From an uncultured Gammaproteobacteria bacterium (GTDB lineage: Bacteria; Pseudomonadota; Gammaproteobacteria; Pseudomonadales; Halomonadaceae): 64,000 bases of DNA. The notes below the pieces were generated by a model. That model did not search any database and was not told where the DNA came from. It was given only the letters and a program-made list of their open reading frames with translations. Where the stretch lies: contig CAVZBU010000010.1 in assembly GCA_963773565.1 (NCBI GenBank), positions 2,896 to 66,895 of the forward strand. Reading direction: 5' to 3'. A program made the position numbers and the translations under genes. This document shows, in pieces, positions 9,999-18,527 of this stretch (the stretch's first letter is position 1; each line of letters starts with the position of its first letter).

Positions 9999-11387
9999 AT
10001 GCCCCAGATTCTGATTGTTGACGACGACGCCACCTCCCGACTGGCGCTGCGTCGCCTGCTCGAGAGCGCGGCCTATCGCGTCAGCGAGGCCGTATCGGTC
10101 ATCGAGGCCCATCAGGCGGATCTGACCCAATTCGACCTGATTATCAGCGCCCTGCATCTGCCCGGCGAGCCGGGTACCGCGCTGATCGACGCCGTCGATT
10201 CACTGCCGGTGATGATCACCACCCACCATGCCAGCATTCGCTCGGCGGTGGAGGCCCTCAAGCAGGGCGCCGTGGATTTCATCACCCAGCCTTTCGATCC
10301 CGACGAACTGCTCGCCAGCGTAGCTCAGGCAGTCGACGAGCACGCTCCCCGGCGCGGCAACGAGCTCGATGCGCGACATGGCAATGACATTCCCCAGGGA
10401 ATGGTCGGGCACTGTGCCGGCATGCGTGCGGTCTATACGCGAATTCGCAAGACCGCACCGGCGGATGTGACGGTGCTTATCCAGGGCGAGTCGGGTACCG
10501 GCAAGGAGCTCGTGGCACGCGCCATCCACCGCCAGAGCCGTCGCGTCAAGGCGCCGCTTATCTGCGTCAACTGCGCGGCGATTCCCGAGACACTGATCGA
10601 GTCCGAGCTGTTCGGTCATGAAAAAGGCGCCTTCACCGGCGCCAGCGCGGCACGCACCGGGCTGGTCGAGGCCGCCGACGGCGGTACGCTGTTCCTCGAC
10701 GAGATCGGCGAGTTGCCGCTCGATGCGCAAGCACGGCTATTGCGCGTGCTGCAGGAGGGTGAGATCCGCAAGATCGGCTCGGTCGAGACCCGCCATGTCG
10801 ACGTGCGCCTGATCGCCGCCACCCATCGCGATCTCAATGCGCTCTCCAAAAGCGGCGAGTTCCGCCTCGATCTCTACTACCGGCTCAATGTCATGCAGAT
10901 CGACTTGCCGCCGCTGCGCGAGCGCGAGGACGACATTCTCGAGCTCGCCGACGTGCTGCTGGCCGCCGCCTGCCGGCGTCATTCGCGCAGCGCTCTCAAG
11001 CTGTCGCGCACCGCACGTCGCGATATCCGCGACTACCCCTGGCCCGGCAACGTCCGCGAGTTGGAAAATGCCTTGGAGCGCGGGGTCATTCTTGCCGAGG
11101 GCAACCTCATCCATCCCGACGACCTGGGTCTCGGCCCGGTCACCGCTCGCCCGGCCCCGGCACGCAGTAGCGTATCGGCTGCCACTAGTGGTCCCGAGCC
11201 CTCCGTCGACCAGGAAGATGATCTGTCTCTCGAGGACTATTTCCAGCATTTCGTCCTTGAGCATCAGGACCAGATGAGTGAAACCGAACTCGCCCGCAAG
11301 CTGGGCATCAGTCGTAAATGCCTGTGGGAACGCCGTCAGCGCCTGGGAATCCCTCGCAAGAAGAGCCCGCGCAGCCGCTCGGCGTAA
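9999..11387 (+). CDS. cbrB: CbrB-like sigma54-dependent transcriptional activator with degenerate receiver domain
   Basis: Receiver fold + AAA+ ([22 protein letters not shown]) + CbrB-type C-terminus [45 protein letters not shown]; sits between gluQ and pcnB like Pseudomonas cbrB. Confidence 0.9.
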   Translation: MPQILIVDDDATSRLALRRLLESAAYRVSEAVSVIEAHQADLTQFDLIISALHLPGEPGTALIDAVDSLPVMITTHHASIRSAVEALKQGAVDFITQPFDPDELLASVAQAVDEHAPRRGNELDARHGNDIPQGMVGHCAGMRAVYTRIRKTAPADVTVLIQGESGTGKELVARAIHRQSRRVKAPLICVNCAAIPETLIESELFGHEKGAFTGASAARTGLVEAADGGTLFLDEIGELPLDAQARLLRVLQEGEIRKIGSVETRHVDVRLIAATHRDLNALSKSGEFRLDLYYRLNVMQIDLPPLREREDDILELADVLLAAACRRHSRSALKLSRTARRDIRDYPWPGNVRELENALERGVILAEGNLIHPDDLGLGPVTARPAPARSSVSAATSGPEPSVDQEDDLSLEDYFQHFVLEHQDQMSETELARKLGISRKCLWERRQRLGIPRKKSPRSRSA

Positions 11388-11480
11388 TCCTTTCGCAGAA
11401 TTCGCGACCATGGTCTAACAGCAAGCTGCAGCGCTTGTAGGGATGATGGGGCCAGTTCGAGACGGCCTGAACGCACCACT

Positions 11481-11531
11481 TGTTACTGCTCCACCCACAC
11501 GCTTCACCATTTTGGCGCACCAGCGGTAACA
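11481..11531. promoter_or_regulatory. Putative CbrB upstream activator half-sites TGTTAC ... GTAACA
   Basis: TGTTAC at 11481-11486 and GTAACA at 11526-11531, about 75-125 bp upstream of the sigma54 promoter; same hexamers as CbrB subsites at Pseudomonas crcZ. Confidence 0.65.
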
Positions 11532-11572
11532 GAAGGACCGAAGAAAACTTCGCCCCAGGAACTCAGGAACCG

Positions 11573-11585
11573 CAAGAGATTGATA
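11573..11585 (-). promoter_or_regulatory. IHF binding site
   Basis: Minus strand TATCAATCTCTTG matches WATCAANNNNTTR exactly, next to an A-tract, between the UAS and the sigma54 promoter. Confidence 0.7.
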
Positions 11586-11605
11586 AAAATTAAAAAACCA
11601 GTAAG

Positions 11606-11621
11606 TGGCATGGTCGCTGCA
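11606..11621 (+). promoter_or_regulatory. Sigma54 (-24/-12) promoter
   Basis: TGGCATGGTCGCTGCA with GG at 11607-8 and GC at 11619-20, the canonical spacing. Confidence 0.85.
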
Positions 11622-11631
11622 ACTTACTAGG

Positions 11632-12119
11632 GCAAGAAAAACAACAACTGCGGCGGCGCATAACAACAATAGCAGCGCTGCAGTCAGAGGTTGGCCAACA
11701 ACAAGGACAATACAGCCAAGCAAGAGATTCCGGGTCCAACAACAAAAATGCCCAGCTAGAAGCACCGACGACAACAAGCACAACAGCGTCGGGACAATCC
11801 GGTGTCAGTATCGGGACGCGACACTTCGCGCACAGGCTCAACAATCATAATAGGCCTGTCTGAGGAGTACCCTTGGCAACAACAACAATACGCCAAGGGG
11901 AGGCAGACACCTGCCGTCGTGGTTGGATTATTGTTTTGAATACGAGACGGTCGCCATCAGGAAGAGACCCAAGAATAAAAACATCATGCTTGCCTGATGA
12001 ATGGATTGGTGACTGTGGTGCGTATTCAAGGCGATGCGCCATCACGAAGAAGAATCAACAGCACGGATGCTGTCAGACTGCTTGAAGGGAAGGCCATTGG
12101 TCTTCCCTTTCTACTTTTT
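11632..12119 (+). ncRNA. crcZ: CrcZ-like Hfq/Crc-sequestering small RNA (~490 nt, ends estimated)
   Basis: A/C-rich cbrB-pcnB intergenic region without a credible ORF; about 7 AANAANAA motifs; sigma54 promoter upstream and intrinsic terminator downstream. Confidence 0.8.
12084..12119 (+). terminator. Intrinsic terminator of the CrcZ-like RNA
   Basis: GAAGGGAAGGCC-ATT-GGTCTTCCCTTT followed by CTACTTTTT. Confidence 0.75.
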
Positions 12120-12324
12120 GCGCCCACCTGCTCTTCGCCTTTCTCATTCTTTCCGGCTTCCGGCCACGCTGCCATTTTTCAGACACGATTCGCTTCGCTG
12201 CGAGAGCGGTCAGAAATGCGTCACAGCCCTTCTTCGGCCCACGCTTTTCTCGGCGGTGCTTTGCAAGCCGGAGGGGCTCGGCTACACTGGGCGCTTTCCC
12301 TCAGACTGCGAGCACTATCGCGGC

Positions 12325-13740
12325 ATGTTCAAAGGATTTACCCGCTTTCTCCAACGCCCCGGTGAACGTTTGAAGACTCTGTTCGGCAATCACGAGGGGG
12401 CCGGCGACCCCTCCGGTCTTCGCATTCTTCCCCGGGAAGAGCACAGCATTTCCCGGCAGCTATTCAGCGCCAGTGCGCTCAAGGTGCTCTATCGCTTGCA
12501 CAACGCCGGCTTCGAGGCCTACCTGGTCGGCGGCTGCCTGCGCGATGCGCTGCTCGGCAAGGTGCCCAAGGACTTCGATGTGGCCACCAATGCCACGCCC
12601 GAGGAGCTTCGCGACCTGTTCCGCAATTCACGGATCATCGGTCGGCGCTTTCGCATCGTGCATGTGCGCTTCGGTCGGGAAGTCATCGAAGTCACCACCT
12701 TTCGCGGCCGCCCCGGCGACGATCACGGCGAACATATCGCCCACCAGTCCGAGGATGGCTTGCTGCTGCGCGACAACGTCTGGGGCAATATCGAGGAAGA
12801 CGCCCTGCGTCGCGACTTCACCGTCAATGCGCTGTACTACAATATTGCCGATTTCTCGCTGCACGACTGGGCGGGTGGCCTCGCCGACATCGATGACCGG
12901 ATGCTCCGCCTGATCGGCGATCCGGCGACCCGTTATCGCGAAGATCCGGTGCGCATGCTGCGCGCGATGCGCTTCGCCGCCAAGCTGGACTTCACGCTCG
13001 CCGCGGACACCGAAGCGCCGATTCGCGAACTCGCACCGCTACTGCTGCAGATCCCCCCGGCGCGGCTTTTCGACGAAGTGCTCAAGCTGTTCATGTCGGG
13101 TCACGGCGTGCAGAGCTTTCATCGTCTACGCGAATACGGACTGTTCGCCATGCTGTTTCCCGAGACCGACGAGGTCATGGCCGAGCTCGAGTGGGCCGAG
13201 CCACTTCTTCTGCAGGCACTGGCCAACACCGACGAGCGGATACTCAACGAGCGTCCGGTCACCCCGGCCTTCCTGTTCGGCGCCTTGCTCTGGCCCAGCG
13301 TGCAATGGCGCTCGCAGCGTCTCAGGGCAGAAGGCATGCCGCCGATACCAGCCCAGCAGACCGCCGCCCAGCAGGTCATCACACGCCAGCTCCAGCATAT
13401 CTCGATTCCCAAGCGCTTCAGCCTGCCGATGCGCGACATCTGGGATCTACAGGAGCGCCTGCCCAAGCGGCGCGGCAAGCGTGCCTTTCAGACCCTCGAA
13501 CACCCGCGCTTTCGCGCCGCGTACGATTTCCTGTTGCTGCGCGAACACGCCGGCGAGATCGCGCCCGGCCTCGGCGCCTGGTGGGACGCCTTTCAGGATG
13601 GCGACGAGCATGAACAGCGGCGCCTGCTGAACAAGGTCGACGCCGATCCGGCGGGCAGCGCGGGGCCGCGCAAGCGCCGCCCCCGCAAGCGTCGCGGCGG
13701 CCGCCGCCAGGGCAGCAATCCCGACAACGGCGCTGACTGA
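12325..13740 (+). CDS. pcnB: Poly(A) polymerase I
   Basis: LVGGCLRD, PKDFDVAT, IIGRRFRIVHV, RRDFTVNAL, EDPVRMLRA, basic C-terminal tail; start uncertain. Confidence 0.95.
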   Translation: MFKGFTRFLQRPGERLKTLFGNHEGAGDPSGLRILPREEHSISRQLFSASALKVLYRLHNAGFEAYLVGGCLRDALLGKVPKDFDVATNATPEELRDLFRNSRIIGRRFRIVHVRFGREVIEVTTFRGRPGDDHGEHIAHQSEDGLLLRDNVWGNIEEDALRRDFTVNALYYNIADFSLHDWAGGLADIDDRMLRLIGDPATRYREDPVRMLRAMRFAAKLDFTLAADTEAPIRELAPLLLQIPPARLFDEVLKLFMSGHGVQSFHRLREYGLFAMLFPETDEVMAELEWAEPLLLQALANTDERILNERPVTPAFLFGALLWPSVQWRSQRLRAEGMPPIPAQQTAAQQVITRQLQHISIPKRFSLPMRDIWDLQERLPKRRGKRAFQTLEHPRFRAAYDFLLLREHAGEIAPGLGAWWDAFQDGDEHEQRRLLNKVDADPAGSAGPRKRRPRKRRGGRRQGSNPDNGAD

Positions 13741-13744
13741 GCGC

Positions 13745-14231
13745 ATGACGGCCGCGCAGCACATGGCCTATATCGGCCTGGGCAGCAATCTCGCCGATCC
13801 CGTCAGGCAGGTCGAGCAGGCCCTCGATGAACTGGACGAACTGCCGCTCACCCGGCGAGCGGCCTACTCGCCGCTGTATCGCAGCCGCCCCGTCGGCCCC
13901 CAGGATCAGCCCGACTTCGTCAATGCCGTGGCACAGTATCGTCACCCGTCTGTCGCCACTCGCCCTGCTCGACCAGCTGCAGGCGCTCGAACAGCGTCAT
14001 CGCCGGGTGCGTCAACGTCATTGGGGCCCTCGCACCCTGGATCTCGACCTGCTGCTGTTCGCCGACCGCCAGTTGGCGTCAGCGCGCCTGACCCTACCGC
14101 ACCCCGGCCTGCTCGAGCGCGCCTTCGTCATGATACCGCTGGCCGACGTCGCCCCCGAGCTCGAGCTGGACGGCACTGAGCGTGGCGCAACGCGCCAGGG
14201 CGCTTACTCAGCAGCGATCTCCAGCCTCTGA
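13745..14231 (+). CDS. folK: 2-amino-4-hydroxy-6-hydroxymethyldihydropteridine diphosphokinase (frameshift near 13935)
   Basis: YIGLGSNL...QPDFVNAV in one frame; RHWGPRTLDLDLL, LPHP, ERAFV in another. Confidence 0.92.
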
Positions 14232-14382
14232 CGCCACACAGCCATTGACTCCGCCAAAGTCGGGTTGCAGCACAATTGTTACCATTCCACACTTTCGGCC
14301 TGCATGGGTAACAACCTTCGCCATACACGCCAGCTTCGGGGATAGCCGTATGCCGCGGAGCGCAACATGAGAAACACACGCC

Positions 14383-15174
14383 ATGAAAACTGTCACCGTG
14401 AGTACGCTGCAGGCGGCCAAGCGCGCCGGCGAGCCGTTCAGCTGCCTGACCGCCTACGATGCCTCCTTCGCCCATGTCGCCAGTCAGGCGGGAATCGAGG
14501 TTCTGCTGGTCGGCGACTCGCTGGGCATGGTCCTGCAGGGCCATGCCAGCACGCTACCGGTCACCCTCGCCGATATCTGCTACCACACCCGTTGCGTGGC
14601 ACGTAGCAAGGATGCCAGCCTGCTGATGGTCGACCTGCCGTTCATGAGCAACTCCAGTCAGGAGCGCCTGCTCCAGGACGCTGGCGAACTGATGCGCGCC
14701 GGCGCCGAGCTGGTCAAGATCGAAGGCGAGGCATGGATGGCCGATGGCGTACGCGAGCTGACGCGGCGCGGCGTGCCGGTCTGCGCCCACCTCGGGCTGA
14801 CCCCACAGACCGTCTATCAGCTGGGCGGCTACAAGGTCCAGGGTCGCGATGCCGCGCACGCCGAGCGCCTGATCGCAGAGGCCCGTACGCTGGTCGACGC
14901 CGGCGCCTCGGTGATCCTGCTCGAGTGCGTGCCGGCGAGTCTCGGCCAGGCCATGCAGCAGGCCCTCGAGGTGCCCGTGATCGGCATCGGCGCCGGCCCC
15001 GACACCGACGGTCAGATACTCGTCATGCACGACGTCCTGGGCGTCAGCCAAGGACGCACGCCGCGTTTCGTGAAGAACTTCATGAGCGAGGCCGACTCGA
15101 TCCAGGGCGCCTTCGCGGCCTATCATGAAGCCGTCAAGACACGTCGCTTTCCGGCCGAGGAGCACTGCTTCTGA
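14383..15174 (+). CDS. panB: 3-methyl-2-oxobutanoate hydroxymethyltransferase
   Basis: LTAYDA, LVGDSLGM, HLGLTPQ, IGIGAG..DGQILVMHD. Confidence 0.97.
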   Translation: MKTVTVSTLQAAKRAGEPFSCLTAYDASFAHVASQAGIEVLLVGDSLGMVLQGHASTLPVTLADICYHTRCVARSKDASLLMVDLPFMSNSSQERLLQDAGELMRAGAELVKIEGEAWMADGVRELTRRGVPVCAHLGLTPQTVYQLGGYKVQGRDAAHAERLIAEARTLVDAGASVILLECVPASLGQAMQQALEVPVIGIGAGPDTDGQILVMHDVLGVSQGRTPRFVKNFMSEADSIQGAFAAYHEAVKTRRFPAEEHCF

Positions 15175-16025
15175 TGCACACCGTGACCGACATCGCCACG
15201 CTGCGCGAAACGCTCGGCGAGGCGCGGCGCCGAGGCCAGCGCATCGGCCTGGTGCCGACCATGGGCAACCTGCATGACGGCCATCTGGCGCTGGTCGCCG
15301 CCGCCCGCGAGCGGGCCGATTACGTGGTGGCGAGCATCTTCGTCAACCCGCTGCAGTTCGGTGCCGGCGAGGACTTCACCAGCTATCCGCGCACGCTGGA
15401 GGAGGATCGCGCTCACCTCGAGGGCGCCGGCTGCGACCTGCTGTTCGCGCCCAGCCACCAAACCGTCTACCCCCAAGGCACGACGGCGACGACAACGGTC
15501 CAGGTACCCGAGGTCTCGGAGGGCCTGTGCGGCGCCAACCGGCCAGGACATTTCAATGGCGTGGCAACCGTGGTCAGCATGCTGTTCAACCTGTTCCAGC
15601 CCGACCTGGCCTGTTTCGGCAGCAAGGACTTTCAGCAGCTCGTGGTGATCCGCAAGCTGGTCGCCGACCTGCATTTCCCGGTCGAGATCGTCGGTGTGCC
15701 GATCGTACGCGCCGCCGATGGCCTGGCGCTGTCGTCGCGCAACGGTTACCTGAGCGCCGAGCAACGGGCCCGGGCGCCGCGTCTGTATGCCACGCTCTGC
15801 CACGTCCGTGACACGCTGGAGCAGGGCACCGCTCGCGAAGAGGCCTTGCGCCAGGGACTTTCCCGACTGGTCGAAGACGGCTTCAAGCCCGATTATCTGG
15901 AGTTGCGTCGACACGACGACCTGGGCGTGGTCACAGATGACACCCGCGAGGCGGTGTTGCTCGGCGCTGCCCACCTGGGGCCGGCGCGGCTGATCGACAA
16001 TCTCAAGGTGACGATGCCACGCTGA
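15174..16025 (+). CDS. panC: Pantoate--beta-alanine ligase
   Basis: VPTMGNLHDGH, FVNPLQF, RPGHFNGV, GLALSSRN, RLIDN. Confidence 0.97.
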   Translation: MHTVTDIATLRETLGEARRRGQRIGLVPTMGNLHDGHLALVAAARERADYVVASIFVNPLQFGAGEDFTSYPRTLEEDRAHLEGAGCDLLFAPSHQTVYPQGTTATTTVQVPEVSEGLCGANRPGHFNGVATVVSMLFNLFQPDLACFGSKDFQQLVVIRKLVADLHFPVEIVGVPIVRAADGLALSSRNGYLSAEQRARAPRLYATLCHVRDTLEQGTAREEALRQGLSRLVEDGFKPDYLELRRHDDLGVVTDDTREAVLLGAAHLGPARLIDNLKVTMPR

Positions 16026-16172
16026 GCAGGCCGAATCGGACCCTCGCCCAAGGCTTTTTAGGCTGGCAAATGCGCTCACTCAGCGATGTTCGCCTGATTG
16101 CCGATTGCCGCGACGCACTCGGGTCTCCTATGCTGGACAAGTACCCGTTCGCCTCGTATCAAGGAGTCTCAC

Positions 16173-17351
16173 ATGCAAGACGTGGTTATCGTCGCGGCGC
16201 GCCGCACCGCTATCGGCACTTTCGGCGGCTCGCTCGCCGGCATCCCTGCCACCGAGCTTGGTGTCAAAGTGATACAGGACATACTGGCGAATACCGGCGT
16301 CGCCCCCGAGCAGGTCGACGAAGTCCTGCTCGGTCAGGTTCTCACCGCCGGCTGCGGGCAGAACCCCGCCCGCCAGACATCGATCCGTGCAGGCCTGCCC
16401 GCAGGCGTGCCGGCGATGACTATCAACAAGGTCTGCGGCTCGGGGCTCAAGGCGCTGCACCTGGCGACCCAGGCGATCCGCTGCGGCGACGCCGAGCTGA
16501 TCCTCGCCGGTGGCCAGGAGAACATGTCGCTGGCGCCCCACGTATTGCCGCACTCGCGTACCGGCCAGCGCATGGGTGACTGGAAGGCCATCGACTCGAT
16601 GGTCTACGACGGCCTGTGGGACGCCTTCAACGATTACCACATGGGCGTTACCGCCGAGAATCTCGCCGACAAGTACGGGATCACTCGTGAGCAAATGGAT
16701 GAATTCGCCGCCCAATCGCAGCAGAACGCTAGCGCCGCCATCGAGTCGGGGCGCTTCGACAGCCAGATCGTGCCGGTCGAGATTCCTCAGCGCAAAGGCG
16801 ATCCGGTCACCTTCGCCGCCGACGAGGGGCCGCGCGCCGGCATCACCGTCGATAAACTCGCCGCCATGAAGCCCGCCTTCAAGAAGGATGGCAAGGTCAC
16901 CGCCGGCAACGCCTCGTCGATCAACGACGGCGCCGCGGTGACGATGATCTGTTCCGCGAACAAGGCGCGCGAGCTGGGCCTCGAGCCGCTGGCCTACATC
17001 AAGGCGTACGCCAACGCCGGTGTCGATCCGGCAATCATGGGCCTCGGCCCGGCCCCGGCCACACGGCGCTGCCTGGAAAAGGCTGGCTGGACCATCGACG
17101 ATCTCGACCTGGTCGAGGCCAACGAGGCCTTCGCCGCCCAGGCCATGGCGGTCAACAAGGAGCTCGGCTGGGATGTCAGCAAGATCAACGTCAATGGTGG
17201 CGCCATCGCGTTGGGGCACCCGATCGGCGCCTCCGGCTGTCGCGTGCTGGTATCGCTGCTTCACGAGATGATTGCCCGCGATGCCAAGAAAGGCCTGGCC
17301 ACGCTGTGCATCGGTGGCGGTCAGGGGGTCGCATTGGCCATCGAGCGCTAA
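16173..17351 (+). CDS. Acetyl-CoA C-acetyltransferase (biosynthetic thiolase, PhaA/AtoB type)
   Basis: [39 protein letters not shown] before ATG 16173. Confidence 0.93.
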   Translation: MQDVVIVAARRTAIGTFGGSLAGIPATELGVKVIQDILANTGVAPEQVDEVLLGQVLTAGCGQNPARQTSIRAGLPAGVPAMTINKVCGSGLKALHLATQAIRCGDAELILAGGQENMSLAPHVLPHSRTGQRMGDWKAIDSMVYDGLWDAFNDYHMGVTAENLADKYGITREQMDEFAAQSQQNASAAIESGRFDSQIVPVEIPQRKGDPVTFAADEGPRAGITVDKLAAMKPAFKKDGKVTAGNASSINDGAAVTMICSANKARELGLEPLAYIKAYANAGVDPAIMGLGPAPATRRCLEKAGWTIDDLDLVEANEAFAAQAMAVNKELGWDVSKINVNGGAIALGHPIGASGCRVLVSLLHEMIARDAKKGLATLCIGGGQGVALAIER

Positions 17352-17375
17352 CGCCGAACAAGCCCGTAGTAACAG

Positions 17376-17413
17376 AACGACGCCAGCGGCCAGGCCGCTG
17401 GCGTCGTCGTTTT
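17376..17413. terminator. Hairpin terminator between convergent thiolase and AEC transporter
   Basis: ACGACGCCAGCGGCC-A-GGCCGCTGGCGTCGT followed by CGTTTT. Confidence 0.65.
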
Positions 17414-17438
17414 CGGCCAAGAACGAATGTCTAGCTGA

Positions 17439-18326
17439 TCAGCCGGCGCCCTGGGCAAACAGCACTGCCAGCACGATCGGCATGACCACCAGGCTACCCA
17501 GGTTGCCGATCAGCACCAGCGAAGCGACCGTATGCGGTTCCTGGCGATACTGCTCGGCCACCAGATAGTTGAGCACCGCCGGCGGCAACGCCGCGAACAC
17601 CCACAGCGTCGCTGCCTGCAGGCCCGACAGATCGAGCCAGGCGATCAACGGCCAGGCCATTACCAGCCCGCTCGCCGGACAGGCCACGGCGCCCAGCACG
17701 CCCATCCGCCAGTCGCTGAAGTCGACATCGAGCATGCGCACCCCGAGCGCGAACAACATCAGCGGAATGCTCACGCCGCCGAGCATGTCGAGCGCCTCGA
17801 GCAACCAGCCCGGCAGATGGAAACCGCTCAGGTTGACCGCCAATCCGGCCAGGCTGGCCAGCACGATCGGCATGCGCAACAGCCGCCACCAGGGCGTGCG
17901 CGGATCGAGCATGTACAGCCCCACCGAGAAATGCAGCAGCATCTCGACGATGAATACCACCACCGCCGCGGGCAGCGCAGCCTCGCCGAACGCCAGCACC
18001 AGCAGCGGTATGCCCATGTTGCCGGTGTTGTTGAACATCATCGGTGGCAGGAAAGTCCGCCGGTTGAGCTTGAGCAACGTCGCCAGCGGCCACAGCAGCA
18101 AGCCCGAGCCGAGCACGATCAGCCCGGCGCCCAGCGCCAGGCTGGCGTACTCCTCGAGGGGCGCCTGACGATCGGCCAGTACCGCAAACACCAGCATGGG
18201 CACGAACAGCTCCATGTTGAGCGTATTGAGGCTGCGAATGTCGGGGGTTCGAAAGCGCCCGTAGAGCGTGCCGCAGCCGGCGATCAGGAACACCGGCAGC
18301 AGGGTCGACAGAATCTTGGCCAGCAT
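17439..18326 (-). CDS. AEC (auxin efflux carrier) family transporter
   Basis: Multi-TM protein with FNNTGNMGIPL and IPLMLFALG motifs. Confidence 0.85.
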   Translation of the reverse strand: MLAKILSTLLPVFLIAGCGTLYGRFRTPDIRSLNTLNMELFVPMLVFAVLADRQAPLEEYASLALGAGLIVLGSGLLLWPLATLLKLNRRTFLPPMMFNNTGNMGIPLLVLAFGEAALPAAVVVFIVEMLLHFSVGLYMLDPRTPWWRLLRMPIVLASLAGLAVNLSGFHLPGWLLEALDMLGGVSIPLMLFALGVRMLDVDFSDWRMGVLGAVACPASGLVMAWPLIAWLDLSGLQAATLWVFAALPPAVLNYLVAEQYRQEPHTVASLVLIGNLGSLVVMPIVLAVLFAQGAG

Positions 18327-18527
18327 GCTAACGACTCGGCAGACAAAGAGTGGCAGCCTAGCATGCCGGCGGCTTGCACGGCTCGTCCCGGCGCGTCACC
18401 ATGACCAAAGCACTATCCGGAAACGCCACTTCGAAACAATCAATCTGAAGTACTGTTCAAAAGCGCGCTCGAAGCTTCGCCTCGACGCGCTATCCGACTC
18501 CTTACCGATCCAAGATACCGAGATACC

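Noticed and set aside
11632..12060. AACAACAA repeats considered as a CRISPR array or microsatellite
   Set aside because: Units are only 8-11 nt, irregularly spaced, and no cas genes are present; promoter, terminator and synteny fit a CrcZ-like RNA.
11415..12085. Short ORFs across the cbrB-pcnB gap
   Set aside because: Low-complexity translations of the A/C-rich motifs, without RBS or typical codon usage.
12034..12324. N-terminal extension of pcnB in the ORF track
   Set aside because: It crosses the sRNA terminator; PcnB-like sequence begins near 12325.
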